From positions 1-64,000 of the forward strand of contig JBJTQJ010000014.1 of NCBI GenBank assembly GCA_046075565.1: a stretch of 64,000 nucleotides of DNA. Direction: 5' to 3'. Numbering within the stretch: position 1 is the first letter of the stretch; each line of letters starts with the position of its first letter. This document shows, one piece after another, positions 45,498-54,839 of this stretch. The DNA is from Verrucomicrobiales bacterium (GTDB lineage Bacteria > Verrucomicrobiota > Verrucomicrobiia > Verrucomicrobiales > SLCJ01). A program made the position numbers and the translations under genes. The notes under the pieces were generated by a model, which was given only the letters and a program-made list of their open reading frames with translations, did not search any database and was not told where the DNA came from.

Positions 45498-47126
45498 TCA
45501 CTCCCGGAACCTCTGCGCGATAGGCATGCGTCGGCCGATGCCGAATGCTTTGGTGGTCACGCGGAGACCGGGCGCGGCTTGGTGGCGTTTCCATTCGTTG
45601 CAATCGACCATGCGGATGATCCGGCGGGTGGTTTCGGCATCGAAGCCATCGGCGATGATTTCGTCCCCGCTCCAGTGGCGTTCGACCAGACGTTCGAGTA
45701 TGGCATCGAGCACCTCATAGGGCGGGAGTGAGTCCTGGTCGGTCTGGTCCGGGCGCAACTCCGCGCTCGGGGGTTTGGAGATCGTGCCGGGAGGAATGAT
45801 TTCTTTTTCCCGGTTCATCCAGCAGGCGAGATCGTAGATGCGGGTTTTCGGCACATCACTGATGACCGCGAGTCCGCCGCACATGTCGCCGTAGATGGTG
45901 CAGTAGCCGACCGCCAGTTCACTTTTGTTACCGGTGGTGAGCAGCAAATGACCGAACTTGTTCGAGATGGCCATGAGAGTCACGCCGCGCAGACGCGCTT
46001 GCAGATTTTCCTCGGTCACATCGGGGGCGCGACCCGCGAAGACGGGCGCGAAACTCGCGAGGGCGGCATCGACCATCGGACCAATCGGCACGGTGTGGGT
46101 GGTGATGCCGAGATTGGCGGCCAAGCGCAGGGCATCGGAAATACTATGGTCGGAAGAGAAAGGACCTGGCATCAGCACTCCGAACACATTCTCCGGTCCG
46201 AGGGCTTCCGCCGCGAGGGCGGCGACCATGGCGGAATCAATGCCGCCGCTGAGGCCAAGCACAACCGATTTGAATCCACACTTGCGCACGTAGTCGCCAA
46301 GACCGAGCACGAGAGCGGCGTGTAATTCCGAGCATGGCTCCATCCAGACGGGCTTGATGACGGGTGCGTCCAACTCCACAACCCTTTCGCATTCCTCGAA
46401 ACCGGGCAAGATCGCGCGGGTGGCACCATCGGCGCCCACCAGCAATGAATGGCCATCAAAGACAAGTTGGTCATTGCCCCCCACGGCGTTCACATAAACG
46501 ATGGGCACACCCGACTCTCGAGCGGTTTCCCCGAGCATTCTGGATCGGGTCTCCGGTTTTCCGAGATGGTAGGGCGAGGCGCTCAGATTGAGGATCAGTT
46601 TCGCGCCTGCTCGCACCAAATCGGCTGCGGGATCGCGGCGATACAATGGCGCGGGCAAATAGTCCTCATCCCAGATGTCCTCGCAGATGGTGATACCACA
46701 CGGCAGACCGGCGAGTTCGATCACCTGGACTGAATCGGCCGGTTCGAAGTAACGTGCTTCATCAAAGACGTCGTAGGTGGGCAGACGGGTTTTCGCGATT
46801 TGGTGTTTTACCTTCCCCCGCTCAAGGACGGCGGCTGCATTGAGAAAAGGAGCGCCCTGGCCAGTAAGGTTAGGCGCGACATAACCGACGAGTAAGGGAA
46901 CTTCCCTGGTAGTGAGCGCGAGTTCCTCCAATGCGGAAAGTGTTTTCGGCAAGAAAGCGGACTTGAGAATCAGATCCCGCGGAGGATACCCGGTGATGGC
47001 GAGTTCGGGAGCAACGATGATTTCAGCTCCGGCTTCGACAAGCCTACGGTAACCCGCCGCGACACGGGCCGTGTTGCCGGAGATATCTCCCACCGTGGGA
47101 TTGATTTGCAGAAAACCGATGCGCAT
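45498..47126 (-). CDS. nadE: Glutamine-dependent NAD+ synthetase
   Basis: CN-hydrolase domain (PEL, KTRLP, ICEDIW) plus LSGGIDS, ENLQARLRG and TGNKSE. Confidence 0.96.
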   Translation of the reverse strand: MRIGFLQINPTVGDISGNTARVAAGYRRLVEAGAEIIVAPELAITGYPPRDLILKSAFLPKTLSALEELALTTREVPLLVGYVAPNLTGQGAPFLNAAAVLERGKVKHQIAKTRLPTYDVFDEARYFEPADSVQVIELAGLPCGITICEDIWDEDYLPAPLYRRDPAADLVRAGAKLILNLSASPYHLGKPETRSRMLGETARESGVPIVYVNAVGGNDQLVFDGHSLLVGADGATRAILPGFEECERVVELDAPVIKPVWMEPCSELHAALVLGLGDYVRKCGFKSVVLGLSGGIDSAMVAALAAEALGPENVFGVLMPGPFSSDHSISDALRLAANLGITTHTVPIGPMVDAALASFAPVFAGRAPDVTEENLQARLRGVTLMAISNKFGHLLLTTGNKSELAVGYCTIYGDMCGGLAVISDVPKTRIYDLACWMNREKEIIPPGTISKPPSAELRPDQTDQDSLPPYEVLDAILERLVERHWSGDEIIADGFDAETTRRIIRMVDCNEWKRHQAAPGLRVTTKAFGIGRRMPIAQRFRE

Positions 47127-47141
47127 GAATGGAAGGGAATT

Positions 47142-47894
47142 TTACCAGAATCCGTAACGACCAGTGGCCATCACATGGATCCCGAGAATGAGATTGGCGA
47201 CGCCATGCGCGACCACACAGGCAGTGAGACTGCGGGTGCGGACGGCGAGAGAATACAGCAACAGGGCCCAAAAGAAAGCGGCTGCGTAATCGGCCGGCTG
47301 GTGCACCAGGACGACACCGCAGACTGAACCCACGAGCGCCCGCCAGTGGTGGGTGCCAAATGGGACGGTCCACATGCCATGATGGGTCGGGACCAACCAG
47401 CGCATGAGGAACCCGCGCCAGAAGACTTCCTCCAACAGAGCTACCACTACCACCATCCGAAGGAACCGCATCACGATGGCCAGCACGGGAACCGGCGCTT
47501 CCGAAGGATCAAAACCTTGCATCCTCGCCTGCACGCCCAGGTAGGAAAGCCAGCCAGCCGAATCTTTGTCATACCCGAGACGGTGATAGAGTTCGCAAGG
47601 CAGAATCCAGAGCGCGATGCCGACGGCACCCACGATTAGGCCGAGGCCGAGATGGCCAAGCGAGGGGACATCAAATTGATACTGTTTCCACCACCAGACG
47701 AGCAGAGCGCCGCAGAGGACGGTCTGCAAGGGATACACCCACTGTTCCGGTGCGCGCACATACCATGGGGCGTCGGGCGAATTTTTTCCGAAGTTGACGA
47801 GCAAGAGCAGCAACTGGAAAAACACCAGCGGCGCGATGTGGGCGAGCGAGCGGTCCTTTCGCCAATTCTGGATGGGTGAGGAGGCCGCGCTCAT
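47142..47894 (-). CDS. CAAX prenyl protease-related protein (CPBP/Abi family)
   Basis: EEVFWRGFLMR and AHGVAN motifs, multi-TM; start reassigned to MSAASS. Confidence 0.85.
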   Translation of the reverse strand: MSAASSPIQNWRKDRSLAHIAPLVFFQLLLLLVNFGKNSPDAPWYVRAPEQWVYPLQTVLCGALLVWWWKQYQFDVPSLGHLGLGLIVGAVGIALWILPCELYHRLGYDKDSAGWLSYLGVQARMQGFDPSEAPVPVLAIVMRFLRMVVVVALLEEVFWRGFLMRWLVPTHHGMWTVPFGTHHWRALVGSVCGVVLVHQPADYAAAFFWALLLYSLAVRTRSLTACVVAHGVANLILGIHVMATGRYGFW

Positions 47895-47920
47895 GGTTAT
47901 GGGTGGTTGGAACGAGTTCC

Positions 47921-49120
47921 TCATCCCGCCTCGGCGGCGGGCCGGAGCCCGAGTCGCCCGACGAATCGTTCCATCCGGTTCATGGCTTCCTTCAGCTCTT
48001 CGAAACCGGTAGCATAACAGCAACGGAGGAAACCCTCGCCACACGAGCCGAAAGCCGTGCCGGGAACAGCGGCCACCGCCTCCTCGTCGAGCAGACGGCG
48101 GGCGAATTCCTTGCTGGTGAGTCCCGTGGGGCGAATGTCGGGGAAAACATAAAAAGCCCCGCCGGGTTCGAAAGTCGGCAGGCCCATGGCATTGAGACGA
48201 TCCACGACCATGCGGCGGCGTTGGTCGTAGCTGCGGCGCATCATTTCCACGGCGGCGGCTCCGTTTTCCAGTGCCTCCAGCGCCGCAAACTGACTGGTAA
48301 TCGGTGCGCAGAGGATGCCATACTGGTGGATCTTCATCATCGCTTCGATCAGCACTTCCGGCGCACACGCATAACCGAGACGGAAACCGGTCATGGCAAA
48401 GGCCTTGGAAAATCCGTGCAGGAGCAAGGTGCGCTCCTTCATGCCCGGCATGGCCGCGATCGAGGGATGCGCTTTGCCATCGTAACGCAGTTCACTGTAG
48501 ATCTCGTCGGTGATGACGATGAGGTCGTGCTTGATGGCCAATTCGGCGATGCCGCGCAATTCTTCAGGTTCGATCACCGCACCCGTGGGATTTGTCGGAA
48601 AGTTCAACATGATCACCCGCGTGCGGGGCGTGATAGCGGCCTCCACATCGGCGGCGCGCAGTCCGAAATCATCTTCCGGTTTCGTCGTCACCACGACAGG
48701 CACTCCGGAAGCGAGGCAAATCGATGGCGAATAGGAAACATAACAAGGCTCGTGATAAATCACCTCGTCACCCGGTTCAAGCAGAGCGCGGAAGGCGAGA
48801 TCCAAGGCTTCGGATACCCCGACCGTGATGAGCACTTCCTTGAGTGGCTCGTAACGCACATGGAAAAAGCCCTCGACATATTTGGCCACCGCCTCGCGCA
48901 GTCTCGGCATACCGAGATTCGAGGTGTAGCTGGTCATCCCCTTCTCGAGCGAGAAGATGGCAGCCTCGCGGATATGCCATGGGGTGACGAAGTCAGGTTC
49001 ACCCACGCCAAGGGAAATCACCCCTTGGCGGGCCTGCACGAGTTCAAAAAACTCGCGGATACCGGAACGAGGAAGCCCGGCGACATGGGAAGCAATGCGG
49101 ATACCCGATGATGAACTCAT
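47921..49120 (-). CDS. Class I/II PLP-dependent aminotransferase
   Basis: LGVGEPDF, NFPTNPTG, DEIY and GFSKAFAMTGFRLG. Confidence 0.95.
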   Translation of the reverse strand: MSSSSGIRIASHVAGLPRSGIREFFELVQARQGVISLGVGEPDFVTPWHIREAAIFSLEKGMTSYTSNLGMPRLREAVAKYVEGFFHVRYEPLKEVLITVGVSEALDLAFRALLEPGDEVIYHEPCYVSYSPSICLASGVPVVVTTKPEDDFGLRAADVEAAITPRTRVIMLNFPTNPTGAVIEPEELRGIAELAIKHDLIVITDEIYSELRYDGKAHPSIAAMPGMKERTLLLHGFSKAFAMTGFRLGYACAPEVLIEAMMKIHQYGILCAPITSQFAALEALENGAAAVEMMRRSYDQRRRMVVDRLNAMGLPTFEPGGAFYVFPDIRPTGLTSKEFARRLLDEEAVAAVPGTAFGSCGEGFLRCCYATGFEELKEAMNRMERFVGRLGLRPAAEAG

Positions 49121-49144
49121 GGTAAAAAGAGAAATGGTTCGGGA

Positions 49145-49630
49145 TCAGGGCGCGACCGAAAGCCGCTCGTTCTCGGCGGTTCCTCCGACCAGGAACCCAC
49201 CTTCCTTGTAGGCCTTCAGCACAAAGTGGGTGGCGGTGGAGAGCACGCCTTCGAGGGTGCTCAATTTTTGGGAAACGAAACTGGCAATCTCGCGAAGGTC
49301 GCGGCCGTGGATGAAAACCGCCAGGTCATAACCGCCGCTCATGAGATAGCAGGCACGCACTTGGTCGAAGCGGGCGATGCGCTGGGCCAGACGATCGAAC
49401 CCACCTCCCCGTTCCGGGGTCATTTTCACTTCGATCATGGCGACCACTTCGTCGCGTTCCGCTTTCTCCGGATCGACGATAGCTTTGTAGCCGAGGATCG
49501 TGCCATCCGCTTCCCATCCGGCCAATTTGGCGACCACTTCCGAGGAGGGCAGGCCGGACTTGGCCGCCAGATCATCGATCGGGCAGCGGGCATCCATTTT
49601 CATCAATTCGAGCAGGGGGTCATGGGGCAT
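49145..49630 (-). CDS. Lrp/AsnC family transcriptional regulator
   Basis: N-terminal HTH, ILGY, YLMSGGYDL and STATHFVL; upstream of the aminotransferase. Confidence 0.92.
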   Translation of the reverse strand: MPHDPLLELMKMDARCPIDDLAAKSGLPSSEVVAKLAGWEADGTILGYKAIVDPEKAERDEVVAMIEVKMTPERGGGFDRLAQRIARFDQVRACYLMSGGYDLAVFIHGRDLREIASFVSQKLSTLEGVLSTATHFVLKAYKEGGFLVGGTAENERLSVAP

Positions 49631-49772
49631 GGCGGGAAACTTGGGAAAGTCGGATGGATAACAAACACCAGCCGAGCGGGAAAATCCACCTGAAATACCC
49701 CGGATTTTTGCCCTGCGCTCAGCGAGCGGTGGAGCCTCTGCCGTTCATTCCCACGTGAATATCCATTTCAGG

Positions 49773-49878
49773 GGCAGGGACCGCTGCCCTCAGCGGTCCG
49801 AGAGATCGCGAGGCCATCGGAAGTGCGAGGACACGGCGACTACGCCCCCGCGGACCGCTGGGGACAGCGGTCCCTGCC
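49773..49878. repeat. REPIN-like inverted REP doublet
   Basis: ggcagggaccgctgccctcagcggtccg ... cggaccgctggggacagcggtccctgcc with a 50-bp spacer. Confidence 0.85.
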
Positions 49879-49963
49879 TTGTCGAGGGGAATATCGTGTC
49901 AAATGAAGTGGTGACCCGCCTAGGCTAGCCTGCACCTCATGCCCCCAAGCCTGCGCATCGGCC

Positions 49964-51253
49964 TTACGGCGTCTCACCAGCGATGATGTCGTCGAGGGTC
50001 TGGCGGCGGCGGACGACGCGGGCGCTCTCGCCGTTGACCAGCACCTCGGCGGGCAGGGAGCGGGAATTATAGTTCGACGCCATGACGAAGCCATAGGCCC
50101 CGGCGCTCATCAGCGCGACGAGGTCGCCCGCCGCGAGCGGGGGCAACTCGGCATCCTGCATGAAAAAGTCGCCGGTTTCGCAAATTGGACCGACCACATC
50201 CACCTTCTCGCGGTTTTCCCCGGTCGGCTGGCGGAGCGGCACGATCTCGTGATGGCCCTGATAGAGGGCCGGACGGATGAGGTCGCCCATACCCGCGTCG
50301 ACGATTTGGAAGGTTTTAGCCGCCCCCTTCTTTGTGTAAAGCACTCGGGTGAGCAGCACCCCGGCGTTGCCGACGATCAGACGACCGGGTTCAAGCAGGA
50401 CGCGCAGGCCCAAATTAGCCAACTCCGGCACCAACCTCTGGGCATAGAGATCGAGGGTGAGCGGACGTTCTTCTTCCGGCAGACGCTCCCACCAACCCGG
50501 GTCGCCGCTTTCCAGAGAACCGTGGTAAACGATTCCGACTCCCCCGCCAATGGAGAAGAATTCGATGCCATGTTTTTCCTTCAGATGCCGCGCCAGTGGA
50601 GTGACCTTGCGCACGGCTTCCTCGAAAGGACCGACCGAGGTCAATTGCGAACCGATGTGCATCTGCACGCCGCGCAAACGCAGGTGAGGGAACAATGCGG
50701 CCTTCTCGTAGGCTTCGGCCACCCTTTCGAAGTCCACGCCGAATTTATTCTCTGACTTTCCGGTGGAAATGTATTTGTGGGTTTTGGCATCCACATTCGG
50801 GTTCACGCGCAGGGCAACTGGAGCGACAACGCCCATTTCACCGGCGATGGCGTTGATTGTCTCGAGTTCCGCTTCCGATTCGGCATTGAAACAATAAATC
50901 CCCTGTTCCAGGGCATAGCGGATCTCATCCGCGGTTTTGCCAACGCCGGCGAAGGTGCATCGGTCGGCGCGACCGCCCGCCTTGAGCACGCGGAACAACT
51001 CACCGCCCGAGACGATATCGAATCCGGATCCCAGATCGGCGAGGGACTTCAGCACCGCCAGGTTCGAGTTGGCCTTGACCGCATAACAAACGAGATGATC
51101 CAACGGCGCGAGGGCTGCGTCGAGACGCTTAAAGTGATCGGAAATCGTGCCTTGGCTGTAAACATAGAGGGGCGTGCCGTGATCACGGGCGAGATCGCCG
51201 AGAGCCACGCCCTCGCAGTGGAGTTGACCGTCTTGGTAGTGGAAGGAATGCAT
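49964..51253 (-). CDS. lysA: Diaminopimelate decarboxylase
   Basis: YAVKAN, HIGSQ, EPGR, GPICETGD and GAYG..MASNYN. Confidence 0.96.
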   Translation of the reverse strand: MHSFHYQDGQLHCEGVALGDLARDHGTPLYVYSQGTISDHFKRLDAALAPLDHLVCYAVKANSNLAVLKSLADLGSGFDIVSGGELFRVLKAGGRADRCTFAGVGKTADEIRYALEQGIYCFNAESEAELETINAIAGEMGVVAPVALRVNPNVDAKTHKYISTGKSENKFGVDFERVAEAYEKAALFPHLRLRGVQMHIGSQLTSVGPFEEAVRKVTPLARHLKEKHGIEFFSIGGGVGIVYHGSLESGDPGWWERLPEEERPLTLDLYAQRLVPELANLGLRVLLEPGRLIVGNAGVLLTRVLYTKKGAAKTFQIVDAGMGDLIRPALYQGHHEIVPLRQPTGENREKVDVVGPICETGDFFMQDAELPPLAAGDLVALMSAGAYGFVMASNYNSRSLPAEVLVNGESARVVRRRQTLDDIIAGETP

Positions 51254-51301
51254 GGTGGGATGGGAAAGTTCGGGAAGATGGTGAGATTGCGGCCCCGACC
51301 A

Positions 51302-53257
51302 TCATTCGCCTTCATAACGAAGGAGGAAGAAGGTATGACGCGGATCATTGCCTTGGAACCGCCGGATCTTGGAGAAAAACCGGGCGTCGTCAAGCAGAGT
51401 GAATCCGTCCGGAACAGTCGCCCGGTTGAACGACTGCAAGCCGTAAACCACATACAGAGGCGATTTGCTCTCTCGTGCGACTTGGATCAGTTCCTCCAGT
51501 TCTTGCCGCGAACTGATGAATTTCGCTTTCGGATCGTAGATGTCGTGGAGAATATCGCTGCCGAGCCCATAACCCGCGGTGAGGGCCTGCCCTCCGGGAC
51601 CAGCCTCACGCAGATTGGCAAAGGCGTCGCGGATTTCCGGAAAGGGTTCGTGCGGGTTGCGCACCAGATTGGCCACCTGGGGCATGGCGGTGGCGAGGAA
51701 AAAGCCAAGTGCGGCGGGCAGGGCCATGGCCAATCCCCCGCCCCGTCGCCAGGCTTTGCCCGCAAGATGGCTCCAGACGATGGCCCAGCCAACCACCACC
51801 GCCGGGAGCAGGAAGGTGGAAAAGCGCGGATAATAATACCAGTCCAGCGCGGCCGTGATCAATAGATGGGCAATTCCCGCGAGAGGCACGGCCATCAGAA
51901 TCCACCCGGCCAAATGATGCCGTTTGATCGCCCATAACCATCCGCCGATGGCCAGCAAAACCGAGACCCCGATCAAACACCATCCGGCGACGGGAGCTGA
52001 GCCAAAAAGCGAGGTCCAGGTCACGATGGCGTGGTCGCCGGGTTGGGTGGGCACATCATGGGGCAAACCGAGAAAAAGATGACTCAGGAAATCGGACAAG
52101 TTGCCCGGATCGAGTTTCATGAATTCCTCCTCGGCGGGTGCGCGGGTTTTCGAGGCATGGAGGAATTGCAAAAGATTCGGTCCCATCACCTGGAGGAAAA
52201 CCGTCGCGCCGACGACATTTGATAGAACCAAGCGCCCGAATTGCGGGAACATCGGACGTTGTTTGCGAGCCCCCACCACAACCATGATCGCGGCAAGGAA
52301 GAAGGCCACACTCACCCAGAGATGCATGAGGGATGCCCAGAGCAACAGTGCCTGGGCCAACCCGAAGCCGAGCCACCATCGCCATTTTCCGGAGTCCAGG
52401 CCCTTGATCAACGTCCAAGCGGCCAAAGCAGCGGCAAATATCCCCGCCGAATAGGAACGCGCGTCCACTCCCCATTGGATATGCCATGGATGCACGGCTA
52501 ACAGAACGGCCGCCACCAATCCCGCCGTTGTGCCTCCGAAGCGCCGGGCCAGGGCGGCCACCAGCAAGATGGTGGCGAGCCCGTAGACCATCGATGGCAA
52601 GCGCACGACCCATTCCCGAAATTCCCAGCGATCCGCCCCGGTCGTGGAGCGCCAGCTTTCAAGGCAGGCCCGGGCAGGCACGCCGATGACCGTGTGATTG
52701 GTCGGCTTGCGGAAATGGAACCAGGTGTCATGCCATGATGCCTCGCGAAAAACCGATCCTCCCCCTTCCCCGGTTCCTTTTCCCGCATCATGGGATCCGG
52801 AAACACGCTTCATTTGTAGGCCTTCGTCGTGCCAAAATCCCCCGGTAAAGGTCGTCCAGCGAAGTCCCAGAGCGAGAGCCAGGCAAGCGACCAAGGAAAG
52901 TGGATAGAGCCAGCGGCTGCGGCCGCTTCCCGTTTGTGGGGCCTCGCTCACTTCCGCTGCCGGAGCCTGCCAACGCCGATGCCAAAGCGGTGAGGTGGCG
53001 GCCGCCAATGCGAGCAAAACGGCATTCCCGATGGCGAACCAATACATGCCAAAAGCGGCGTAATCCTTCACCGGAGCCCATGTCCCGTCGGTCCAGGTTT
53101 GTGCCAGCCTTGGCGTGGCCTTGGCCGCATCCCCGGCAAAGCTCCGGGAAAGCAGGAAAAACCCCACGGCTCCGGCAAGGAGCAGCACGACCAACCACAG
53201 GCGCTCCCGCCGTCCAGAGGGAGTTGTCGGTGGATTTGTGTCGTTCCTCGGTTTCAC
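51302..53257 (-). CDS. GT-C fold (PMT/GT39-like) membrane glycosyltransferase
   Basis: FWHDE in the first periplasmic loop, RLPSM and ARSY; many TM helices. Confidence 0.75.
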   Translation of the reverse strand: MKPRNDTNPPTTPSGRRERLWLVVLLLAGAVGFFLLSRSFAGDAAKATPRLAQTWTDGTWAPVKDYAAFGMYWFAIGNAVLLALAAATSPLWHRRWQAPAAEVSEAPQTGSGRSRWLYPLSLVACLALALGLRWTTFTGGFWHDEGLQMKRVSGSHDAGKGTGEGGGSVFREASWHDTWFHFRKPTNHTVIGVPARACLESWRSTTGADRWEFREWVVRLPSMVYGLATILLVAALARRFGGTTAGLVAAVLLAVHPWHIQWGVDARSYSAGIFAAALAAWTLIKGLDSGKWRWWLGFGLAQALLLWASLMHLWVSVAFFLAAIMVVVGARKQRPMFPQFGRLVLSNVVGATVFLQVMGPNLLQFLHASKTRAPAEEEFMKLDPGNLSDFLSHLFLGLPHDVPTQPGDHAIVTWTSLFGSAPVAGWCLIGVSVLLAIGGWLWAIKRHHLAGWILMAVPLAGIAHLLITAALDWYYYPRFSTFLLPAVVVGWAIVWSHLAGKAWRRGGGLAMALPAALGFFLATAMPQVANLVRNPHEPFPEIRDAFANLREAGPGGQALTAGYGLGSDILHDIYDPKAKFISSRQELEELIQVARESKSPLYVVYGLQSFNRATVPDGFTLLDDARFFSKIRRFQGNDPRHTFFLLRYEGE

Positions 53258-53414
53258 AAAGATACCATGGCCAGATGGAGCCGCCGGGCAAGAGGAAGCG
53301 CCATATCAGGGCGGAGCGCCAGAAGAAGAACGAATTCGGCTTGCATTGCCGTTTGGAAACCCCGATCTTCCCTTTCGCTGGAAATTCCGCTTCAATGCTC
53401 ACCCATTGATTCAC

Positions 53415-53870
53415 ATGCCTTACCGAATCTGCAAATCCCTCGAAATCGAAAATGGACACATGTTGTCCCTTCACCCTGATAAGTGCCGATTTCCCCATGG
53501 CCATACCCGCAAGGTCGAATTCACGCTCGAGGCGGCGGAGTTGGACGCGGCAGGCATGGTTTGCGATTTCAAGATCATCAAAGAGGCGGTGGGTGATTAT
53601 CTGGAGACCTTTGACCATGCCCTGTGCATGAACACCAAGGACAAAATGTATCAGGTATTCAAGAAAGCCTATGGAGAGAGGGTGATCGGCTTTGAGAATA
53701 CGGAACCCACTACGGAGGTCATGGCCAAGGAATTCTTTGATGCTTGCACCCGGCATTTGCAAAATTATGCCGACGCGCCCACGGCTGCCTACCCCCTGCG
53801 CGGCAATGTGAAACTCATCTCCGTGCGGGTTTGGGAAACCAGCAGTTCATGGGCCGAATACTCCATCTGA
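53415..53870 (+). CDS. queD: 6-carboxy-5,6,7,8-tetrahydropterin synthase
   Basis: CRFPHGH, DFKII, FDHA, PTTE and VWET; start reassigned to MPYRIC. Confidence 0.88.
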   Translation: MPYRICKSLEIENGHMLSLHPDKCRFPHGHTRKVEFTLEAAELDAAGMVCDFKIIKEAVGDYLETFDHALCMNTKDKMYQVFKKAYGERVIGFENTEPTTEVMAKEFFDACTRHLQNYADAPTAAYPLRGNVKLISVRVWETSSSWAEYSI

Positions 53871-53878
53871 CCCGCTCC

Positions 53879-54712
53879 ATGGCCAAGAAGAATCTCCCCG
53901 ACATCCAAAAGACTCGCGACACCCGCGGCATCCCCATCGAGCAGGCGGGCATTTGTGATCTTGCGTATCCGATTCATGTGCTCGACCGAGAGGGCAAACC
54001 GCAACGCACCATCGCCAACATCTCCATGTCGGTGCATCTGCCGCACCACTTCAAGGGCACCCACATGAGTCGGTTCCTGGAAATTCTCTCCCGTCACGAA
54101 GGAGAGATCACCATGCGCACGCTTCCGGCCATCGTGAAGGAACTCGAGGAAAAACTGGAGGCCGAGAGCGCGCGGGTGGAGGTCGAATTCCCCTACTTCA
54201 TCGAAAAGGCCGCACCGATCAGCGGAGCGAAAGCCAAAGTGGCCTGTCAGGTCCGTTTCCTTGGTGAATCGAAAAAATCGCGACGCGACTTCGCCTTGCG
54301 TGTCGAGACCCCGGTCATGACCCTCTGCCCGTGCAGCAAGGAAATCAGCGACTACGGCGCGCACAATCAGCGCGGCCATGTCACGATCGAGGTGCGCACC
54401 CGCCGCACCAAAGGTGGTTGGGACATGATGTGGATCGAGGACTTGGTGGAAATTGCAGAAAAGTCCGCCTCCGCCCCGATTTACGCGCTATTGAAACGTT
54501 CCGACGAACGGCATGTGACCATGCAGGCCTACGACAATCCGGTATTTGTCGAAGACCTCGTGCGGAACGTGGCCGTCCGTTTGAAGCGGATCAAAAGCGT
54601 CACCTCCTTCGAGGTCCGCGCCATCAATCAGGAAAGCATCCACGCCCACAATGCCTTCGCCTGCGTGGTCTGGAAACGAACGGGTGACGCCAAGCGTCAT
54701 CGCTCGTCGTAA
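53879..54712 (+). CDS. folE2: GTP cyclohydrolase type IB
   Basis: LPDIQ, KGTHMSRF, TLCPCSKEIS..GAHNQR, NPVFVED and ESIHAHNA. Confidence 0.95.
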   Translation: MAKKNLPDIQKTRDTRGIPIEQAGICDLAYPIHVLDREGKPQRTIANISMSVHLPHHFKGTHMSRFLEILSRHEGEITMRTLPAIVKELEEKLEAESARVEVEFPYFIEKAAPISGAKAKVACQVRFLGESKKSRRDFALRVETPVMTLCPCSKEISDYGAHNQRGHVTIEVRTRRTKGGWDMMWIEDLVEIAEKSASAPIYALLKRSDERHVTMQAYDNPVFVEDLVRNVAVRLKRIKSVTSFEVRAINQESIHAHNAFACVVWKRTGDAKRHRSS

Positions 54713-54839
54713 CGGCGGCAAGATTTCAATTGCGGAGGGCCACGAAATCGCCATGGCGTCCCGGTTAAGCGTCCCACATCCATGTGCTGTTCATTTCACC
54801 GTGTAAGATTGGCGTCGGACTCGCGTATCTCAGGCCCAA

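Noticed and set aside
47895-48368. N-terminal extension of the CAAX protease ORF
   Set aside because: It overlaps the aminotransferase gene in another frame; the protein-like sequence starts at 47894.
53258-53414. preQ1 or other riboswitch upstream of queD-folE2
   Set aside because: No recognisable preQ1 hairpin with an A-rich tail by eye; an Rfam scan would be needed to exclude it fully.
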